This document shows, one piece after another, positions 51,901 to 60,900 of a DNA stretch of 64,000 bases. The position numbers and the translations under genes were made by a program. Position 1 is the first letter of the stretch; every line of letters begins with the position of its first letter. Source of the stretch: Callorhinchus milii (taxonomy: Eukaryota). The notes under the pieces are model-generated. The model did not search any database. It saw nothing but the letters and a program-made list of their open reading frames with translations, and was not told the DNA's origin. The stretch covers positions 16,928,001 to 16,992,000 of the forward strand of contig NW_024704743.1 of NCBI RefSeq assembly GCF_018977255.1. Reading direction: 5' to 3'.

Positions 51901-54900
51901 CTGGCTTCCAAACTGGATCACAAACCATTCTGGCTCAGAATCGTTTCTTGCAGTACAACATATGTAGAACATTTGTTCTAAGATAATTTAACTGCCCGAG
52001 ACGCTAGCCAGTATGAACGGCACAATATTAATGCAAGTTGTTATTATTGTTGTAATGTTTTGAATTGAGTTGAATAATAATTTCTCTCTGTTTCACTCCC
52101 GAAGGTCCAAAGGGACAGAAAGGTTCAGTGGGCTTTCCTGGAAACGGTGGTAGTAAAGGTGATAAAGGGGACCAGGGCTCACCGGGGCCACCAGGTATCT
52201 AACTCTTTTGTTACATTAAATCCCAGAAAATGTTCACCTGCCCCCTCCAGCCCCTGCAATTTAAACACTGACTGCGCTTTTTAGAGCTTTCAAACTATTG
52301 TCTTTTAAATAACAATTATTCTCTGTGATTTTTCAAACATTGCTACTTAACTTGGAATCAGAGAAACATTTTGAGGTTCCCAAGTACCTGAAGTCACAGT
52401 GGGGATTTTAATAGCTATGAGATTTAATTATACCCTGCAGCAATTTAATTTCACTGCTGTGCTTCTGAGGTAGGTGTTGTCTGGGATTTTACCTGAAAAC
52501 AACACCTGAAGGGTTTCCTCTTCAACCGTGCTTACGGTCACTTCCCCTCTATCCTTGGCTCAGCATTAAGCACTGCCACTGTTAAGCGTTCCGAGATACT
52601 ACCTGCATGAAGGGTGCGATATAAATGCAAGTTGTTTTTTGTTGTCTATCTCGGCAGCCAATTGCGCACAGCAGTTTACTAATGTCTTTACTGGGGAATG
52701 TAAAACTAACATGCTGTGACAGATGGGAAGACCTGGGAGGGGATTTTTGTGGAGATTCTGACGGGCCAACAAAATCCATTAAATATTTAATAGTGTTTTC
52801 TGCTTTTTTTAGGTCCTTATTCATTCCTTGGCAGTTATGGGAATGGCCACAAGGTAAGCAGTGTCTGGTTTCCTAATGAAATGTTAAGTGAAGTGGTGGC
52901 TTTGATTAATATTTCCTTTCAGTAGTGTTCGTAGTGCTATGTGGAGCTGGACTGTGAAGTACAGGGAGAAAAAGCCTTCCTGTTCATAAGTGAGCGCTGA
53001 GCGAGTCGACTTCCCATCACAGAAGGCTTAGCCTTGCAAAGTGGTGTCATTTTCCAGTGCGGCTCAGTGTTTTGTGCGCTCGGGGTGGAAAATGAGCAGT
53101 GTGTGAAAGATCATCATCCTGTAATAATTCTGACAAGGCGAGATACCCTGCTCCCGGAGGTGTCCCACTACAGCAACTACCTACCATAGAGAACCTCCCC
53201 CCTCCCTCCCAACTTAATTAAAAGGCTCATACCCAAAAGCCGGTCGACTGAGTGGTGTGCTTGTCTTGTTGATCTTTCAGTGCTCAATCATACCAAACCT
53301 GATGCGAGTGTAGAGGGTGGGGGGGTGGGGAGACAGTTGTTGCCTTGTGACAGTTGTTGCTGAGGAAGCGACTAAGATCGGAAAAATTTACAGCTGTTGT
53401 GCCATCATCCTTGTCCTTTGACAGTCTTAACTTTAATCCTCGATTATCGAAAACAATTCAAGCAGAGTTAAACATCTTCAAATGTTATTCTCGACTTCAA
53501 AGGGTGAAAAAGGAGATGGCGGGGCCATGGGGCCGAAAGGTGACAAGGGAGACTCGGGTGGCTTGTTCATGCCAGGTTCCCGCGGACCTACAGGACCTCC
53601 TGGGAGACCTGGCCCAGTGGTAAGTTTGTTCATTTGTTTATATAAATATAACTGTAATCTTTGATTATTAACCCATTCAAACTGAATAAACATCCTGAAA
53701 CCTTATTCTCAACTTCAAAGAGTAAAGAAGGAACTCTCAATTTGTTCGGGATGCTCTCGATTTCTCGTGTGTCAGAGTCCTGGCTGATCAAAAAAAATAT
53801 AAACTTATTCCTTTAACAATGCTCAATGTGTCACTGTTCAGAAGTACATTGTTTTGTGGTTTCTGTGATAGAATTTGAAAGTGGCTTCATTGTTTTTACC
53901 CTAGGAGTTAATTGTCCGTTGTCTCACTATGTAAGTGGGAACATAGACTGTTCTGTTAACACTGTTTATATATAAAAATATTGAACCTGTCACCAAATGG
54001 CACGACTTTTACCAACAGCTGCGATGGGGTGACCAATTGTGGTGCATGTTTTGAAATGTGAAATAATAAATCCATGGGCCAAGCCTAATAAATATTTTCC
54101 AATTCTTTTCCCCAAATGCACACAAAGTTGGAGGAAGAAAGGGAGAGGAAAACGTAAGCGACTGAAACTCATCAGTGAAATGGCAAAATGCTAAGTTGCC
54201 ACTCTCACTGCAGGGCAAGAAATTAAGCCAGAAAAAATCATAGGAATAATATCAATACTCCTATACTTCAGTATTGCACCTTTAACATCAAAACTTCTTG
54301 AAGTGCTTGATATTTAAATGCCATCAGAATTAATGGGCACTCACGGCAGCCATTTTGCACACAGCAATATCCCACAAACAGCCAAGAAGTGAATGACCAG
54401 TTTTATCTGGGGTATTGTTGGCCAGCACACTGGGAGAAACTACCTTCTTTTCAAATAGTGTTTGCCATGCAGTCTTTAATGTCCACCTAAACAGGCAGAT
54501 CAGACTGTTTTATGCAGTTCTTAAAAGAGCCTACAGAAAACCAGCTACAAAATTAAGACTGAATTAAGACTTTGCCACATTTTGATAAATAAAATTAAGT
54601 AAATTCAGGCCCAGGTGAAATTACTCCCTCGCTGTGTTTACTTTTCACAGGTTACTGAAATTATTATTAAGATTTACTTTGGTATTTTACAGAAAAAAAG
54701 CGCTTTGCAGAATATACCGTAAAGTGAATTGACTGTGTATTTTGTGGACGAAAAGCTGCAGCCAGTTGTGCACAGCCGTGTCCCACAAACAGACGTGGAT
54801 TGAGTGACCAAATATTTTTACATTTTTTTTACAGGCGTGTGGAAACTTGTGTTATTTTACATTTTTAAACAATGGTGTTAAGAACATTTGAATCCTACGG

Positions 54901-57900
54901 GTGTATTGGAGAGAGCAGAAATATTGATTGCTATATTCATAGAATCTGCTCACTTGACTTGCAAGAGAAAAGAAGTTCCACCCTTTCAGTGAGTCACTTC
55001 CAGATGTGGTGTTTTCAGAACTTAGTTCATGCAGCACGTCTGGACTTTGAGCAAATAGTCTAGACTGAGGCTCCAATACAGTGCTAAGGAATCCCTGCAT
55101 TGTCAGATGTACCGTCGTTAGACACGAGACAGAGTGTCCTGTCTGCTCTGCTCAGATGGATATTAAAAGATCCCATAGCAATATTTGACCCCCCCCCCAC
55201 CCCAGTGTCCTGGCCAACAATCTTCCTGGTCCAATTGGTCATTCACCTCATGGCCATTTGTTCGACATTGCTGTATGCAAATTAGCTGCCAAATACGGTA
55301 TTAATAAATATAATAATCCTTGCATTTGATATAGCGCTTTTCACGTCTTCTCGACGTCTCAAAGCGCTTCACAGAATAGACTATAAAGTGAATTCACCGT
55401 ATATATTTTGCGGGCAAAACGCGGCAGCCAATTGCGCACAGCAGTGTCCCACAAACAGTCGTGGATTGAAAATAACCAATTTATTATTGTTTTGTTTTGG
55501 AGGGATTATTATTAGGCGTGTGGAGTAAAGAAACTTGCCTAAGGTTTCACCCTGCCTGGATTTGAACCCAGGTGTCTCGCTTGCAAGGCGAGTGCTCTAA
55601 CCACTGAGCTACAGGACTCCATTGTATTATGCTATAGTGCTATATCATTGTGCTGTAGAGCTATATCAAACGCAAGGATTATAAGAAACGAAGCAATCTT
55701 TATTCTCAGTAACTAACTTTTTTCATTTGGCTCACAATGAAGAACTTCCTTCACAAACCGGATGTACCTCATGTAGCAGGCTGCTGCTTTAGCTCCCAGG
55801 TGCTCAGTGCTTCTGCACGCCAGCAATATGTAATATAATCAAAAAAACATGTGTCTATTCCACCACAGTAACGTTCTTTTCCGCTAGTCTGAAGTCTTGA
55901 GTCCTGCTGCTGGAAATATGCATTCCAGTGTGACGTTATGTGGGATTCTGTCTCACCAAGGCTTTGAAACACAGGCTAAAGTTGGTGGTAAGCAATGAAT
56001 TCTGATTCCAAACAACAACAACAAAATTACATTTATAGAGTGCCTTTCATGTCGGGAGGACGTCCCAAAAACATTCAACTAATGGATTTAACTCCACCAC
56101 ATGCAGTCATTAATAATAATGGTAAATTGCTCAACATCAACACTTGAAAATCTTTTATAGGAAACATTATTTTCTTATATTGTGCCAATTCTTGGGATAT
56201 ATTATTGAACTCATTTTCTTACAATATTAGCAAAGTGATTTCCATGATTTATGGTCACATGTTTTGAAACATAAATATCAGAGTAATTGTGCAAGCAGTT
56301 TTGTGGTCAATTGCTTGCTCCCCACTCAATACCATTCCCTAAAGTGAAAAATGTGACATTTCATAACTGTTTCAATATGCTCACATTAGTTATTTTTGCA
56401 TCTCCAAGGAGCCGTCATCCCAATCCCAATTCCCTGCTCTTTCCTCATACTCTAAATTTAATCATAGAAACGATTTGGTCAACCGTTCATCTGTCTATCC
56501 AAAAAAGTAAATAAATAAGTACCAAGTCATTGGCTGAATCCCAATTTACTTGCCTTGTTCACCACTTGTCATTTTTATAATAATAATAATGTTTCACTGC
56601 AAGTCTCGCCCAGCTCACTCAGAGTTACAGTATGGTGTGGTATTTTGTGGTCTTTAATTGTATTCCAACCTAGGCGTGTAAAGCTTCCTCCATTACTGCA
56701 ATGTGATTTTCCTTCTAACGTGGTGTAATTTGATGTTCATTTTCTGAATATTCAAACTTCCACATTGCCTGAATGTTCCATTTATTTCTTTGTCTTTCTA
56801 CTGTCTAGCATGGTCAAAACTGATGTATGTACTCAATGCATGTGAGAAGGTCCACCTTATTGAGGTGGCTACAGTATGTTCTAAGCAGTCATCCCATATT
56901 GGATAATGGAGTATTTATTTGTGTTTAGAGTTCAATATTCTTCAAAGAACACTACTTACAGACATAACCCAATGTTCTCCAAGAGACAACATCAATTGGG
57001 ATGTTTAAAAGGAAGGTATATTTATAGTTGGGGCAATAATCTGCTGAACTAAGGGTTTCAAGGGTATGCAGAAAAGGCAGAGAAAATAGGTTTAGAAGAT
57101 CTATTATGATCTAATAAATGGGTGGAAGACGCTTGATGGGCTCAAAGGCCAACTTTCTACCTAACTTTTATTAAAAATGACCCGATGTTTGTTGTAATGC
57201 GTGCTGTATGTAATAAATACATGCTTTGGGTTGACTTTAGTTCTATAAAAGACATGCGATTCTAGCCCTATGCTTTCCCAACCTGTAGAACTCTGTAATA
57301 TGGAGGAAGGGCGATCAGTAGGAGGCTCTAAAGGTTATTGTTGTATGTCATGTTAACTGCAGGATGCCTTGGCAGTGTTAGATTGGGCCATTTGTCGTGA
57401 CTCACATACCAGCCTGCCTACATGTGATGTGTGTTGAAAGTTGTCAGCTAGTAATGAACAGCTCAGGGATTCCTCCGTTGGGAGGGTAACTGATTGACGT
57501 CTTGCTTACATAGACCCATCTGCTGGCACTTTGTTAATGGCTTGGGCAATCTGCGCATCTGCTTGGCTGCCTTCAATAGTCAATACAAGTGGCAACAACT
57601 TGTATATTAAAAAAAAGTGTGTTCAAATTCAGTTCACTTGCTTTAGCTCATATTAAGGACAGCTCATCTCTTTCATTTATCTGAGTAATCTGGGATTTTT
57701 AAAAATGTTTTTCACCATTGTCCATTGATGTCAATGTTTTGATTCCTCATTTAAAGTTGCCTCTTTTCCGTCACTAATACTTCTGACATATTGATACCAC
57801 TTAGACCACAGTTTGATATGATGGGCAGAGCCAGTACCCCATGCATTGTAACTTGAGGTTTTCACCCAGTGAGCTACCTCTGCCTCCAAAACAATCACTC

Positions 57901-60900
57901 CTTTATGACTTGCGCTATAGAGCTTAATAATTTGGTTTAAGACACTATCATTCAGAGACGATAAAACATTCATCTAGTTTGTGAGAAAGTTCTCAACTCG
58001 CATGTTATTTGCTGAATAGTAAAAAAAATTAATTTGCCCCACAGGGACCCAAGGGGGAATCTATCGAGGGACCAATGGGACCACCAGGGAGATCTGGTGT
58101 CCCAGGATCCCCAGGTTACGGGATTGTAGGACCACCAGGACGACCGGGACCCCCGGGATCCCCAGGAGCAGCGGGGGTCTTTGGATCAGGTAAGCCTGTC
58201 TCAAATGTCCATTTTCATTGCTACAAAATGACATTTCAGTGCAATGGATTTGGAACGATGGAAGTTCATGACACAAGGCCAGGGGTTTAGTTTGCAGTGA
58301 TCAGCAACAGAAATTTCTATATAACCAATCTTGCAGAATATTAATAGGAACATATGAACAGGAGTAGGCCATTCAGCCACTCGAGTCTGTCCGCCATTCT
58401 ATTAGATCATGGCTGATGGCTGTACCTCCACTCCAATTACCTGCCCTTGCCCCATAACCCTTAATACCCTTACCTAACAAAAAATATATCCACCTCAGTC
58501 TTGAAAATTTTAATGGATCCAGCATCCACAGCCTTTTGGTAGAGAGAGTTCCAGATTTCCACTACCCCTTGCATGAAAATTTGTTTAAATTTAAATAATT
58601 TAAATAATTTAGATTTAAATTCAAGTTTGGCTCACTGCTAGAACTGTGCTTTGACATCGACTTCTGACCCGCCACTGCCTTTAGCCACAATCTAGCTTCA
58701 GAGAAGCAGAAACAAAGATCAGCATTCAAGCAGGGACCCAGCTCCAATGCTTCTTACAAGATCCAGAGTTTGACTTTATTTTTATTTATAAGAGGGGGTG
58801 GAGGAGGGAGAAGCCGAACCTCTCCAGAGAATTATGCATTTAGTTCCACTCAAAGACATTGGGGTAACTGGGGAAAGGACAGGATAGAATTACAACAATA
58901 ACAAATTGCATTTACATTGTGGTTTCACATTGGGAGGACGTCCCATTCGAGGGTTTGGACCTGAGCTGGGGGTTGAGTTCGGGAATGGTGGGGGCCAAGA
59001 GGTGGGGGGGGAAGATGACCAAAGGCGCAGTCAAAGAGGAAGGTCTTGAGACAGACCTTGAAGGAGGCGAGGTAAGCATCGAGGCGAAGGGACTCTGGGA
59101 AAAAGTTCCAGAGAATGCGGACAGAAAGAGTGAAAGCCTGACTGCCAATAATGGGGTGGGCAGGCCAGGGGGCATGAAGTAGCCAAGCGAAAGGAATGAG
59201 CGGGTTGGTAGAGTTTAAGGCCACAGAGGTGGAGTGGGTAAACCTGGAGGGAAGTAAAAGTGGGGTCGAGGATCTTGAACTTACAGTTACAAATTGACTT
59301 TCCGTGCAGAAACATAGAAAGGTGCATATCCTGATATCAGCATGAATTCAGAGATGGACTTTTTTTTAAAAAAATTGTCCAATTCTGAGATGATGGGCCA
59401 AATGGCCTTCTTCTGTGCTGTAGACCTGTATGGTTAAAAAATATTCTAAGCAGATTTGTCAGTATTACAGAGTAATACAATTAGTACAGCAGCTCAAAAC
59501 GTTCTTTATATTTTCAGCTGTTGCGCTTCCAGGCCCCCCAGGACCACCGGGACCACCAGGACCACCAAGCACAGGAAGCCCAGTAAGTTGAAAGATAAGC
59601 GTAAGAATCTTTACAACCATTGTATTTCCATTTTTATATCACTTTATCACATTGAAACATCCCAAGGCATTTCACAGGTAGTTGCTGTCAGGTGCTATCA
59701 CTGTTTTTGTAGGAAGCCATTTTACACATAGCAAGATCCATCCCACAAACAGCCAAGAGGTCAATTTATCTCAGAAAACTCCCTTCTTTTCTCAAATGGC
59801 GTTGTTGCCCACCTAAAGAATAGGAAGTTGGGACCTCAAACAGTTGATCTAAACAATAACATCTCTAACAAAGCAGCACTCAAGTCCTGAATTGGGCTTT
59901 GAATCCACAACCTTCTGACTAGAGGTTAGAGTGCTACCATCTGAGCCAGAGAGTGAGTCCAAATGGACCATTTACTTTTATATTCCAAATATTTGACTTG
60001 TTATTATAATGTAATTATTGTATTTTGATATAGTGCCTTATTGCGTCTTCGAGACATCTCAAAGCGCTTCACAGAATATACTATAAAGTGACTTGACTTT
60101 GTATTTTGTTGGCAAAAAGCTGCAGCCAATTGCGCACGGCAGTGTCTCATAAATAGTCATAATAATAATAATAGTGATTTTTTTTTAAACAAAGAAGGAC
60201 CCAGGTAGGAGTTTTCAGAACTGACGAAGTGAAATAGTAACATTGGTTGGTTTCCTTCTGTGAGCCAAATGCATTTCTGCTAGCACTCATCCTCAGAGAT
60301 GAATATGCTCCAAACATATTGTGCTTGGAGCCGAGCACCTGGGAAATATCCCCTTGACTTCAGAGTGATGATTTACGTGGCTATTTCTGAACTGCTGCAT
60401 GCGATCACAGATTCTAAATATGTTAACTCTTGGATGAAGTATGCATTGATTCTTATTATCTGTTCAGTGCCATGCTCTGTACAGGAGGTGGCAACTTGGG
60501 AAATCAATAAAAGTTAGTGATTTTTTTTGGGTGGAGTTGTCAGCTGGATGTCAGACACAAGTGGAAACCCATCACCATGTTTAAGAGTATCCAAACTGAG
60601 CATTCCACTGCCAATCCATGACATTTCTAATTGCACTCAGTTTGTGAAGTTCTTTGAGATATTCTTTATCGTGTAAGATATTTTTACAAATTTTTAGCTT
60701 AATGATTAGAGCACTCGTCTCGCAAGCGAGAGGACCTGGGTTCGATTTCCAGACAGGGCAAGTTCCCTTACCCCACACATCTCTGTTTACCTAGCAGTAA
60801 CTAGGAACCCGGTTGTTAGTCGATTGACAGATCGCTATTCCGGGGGTGATAATCCCTTCAAAAATATATTTTAAAATATAATAATAATAAATTGGTCACT

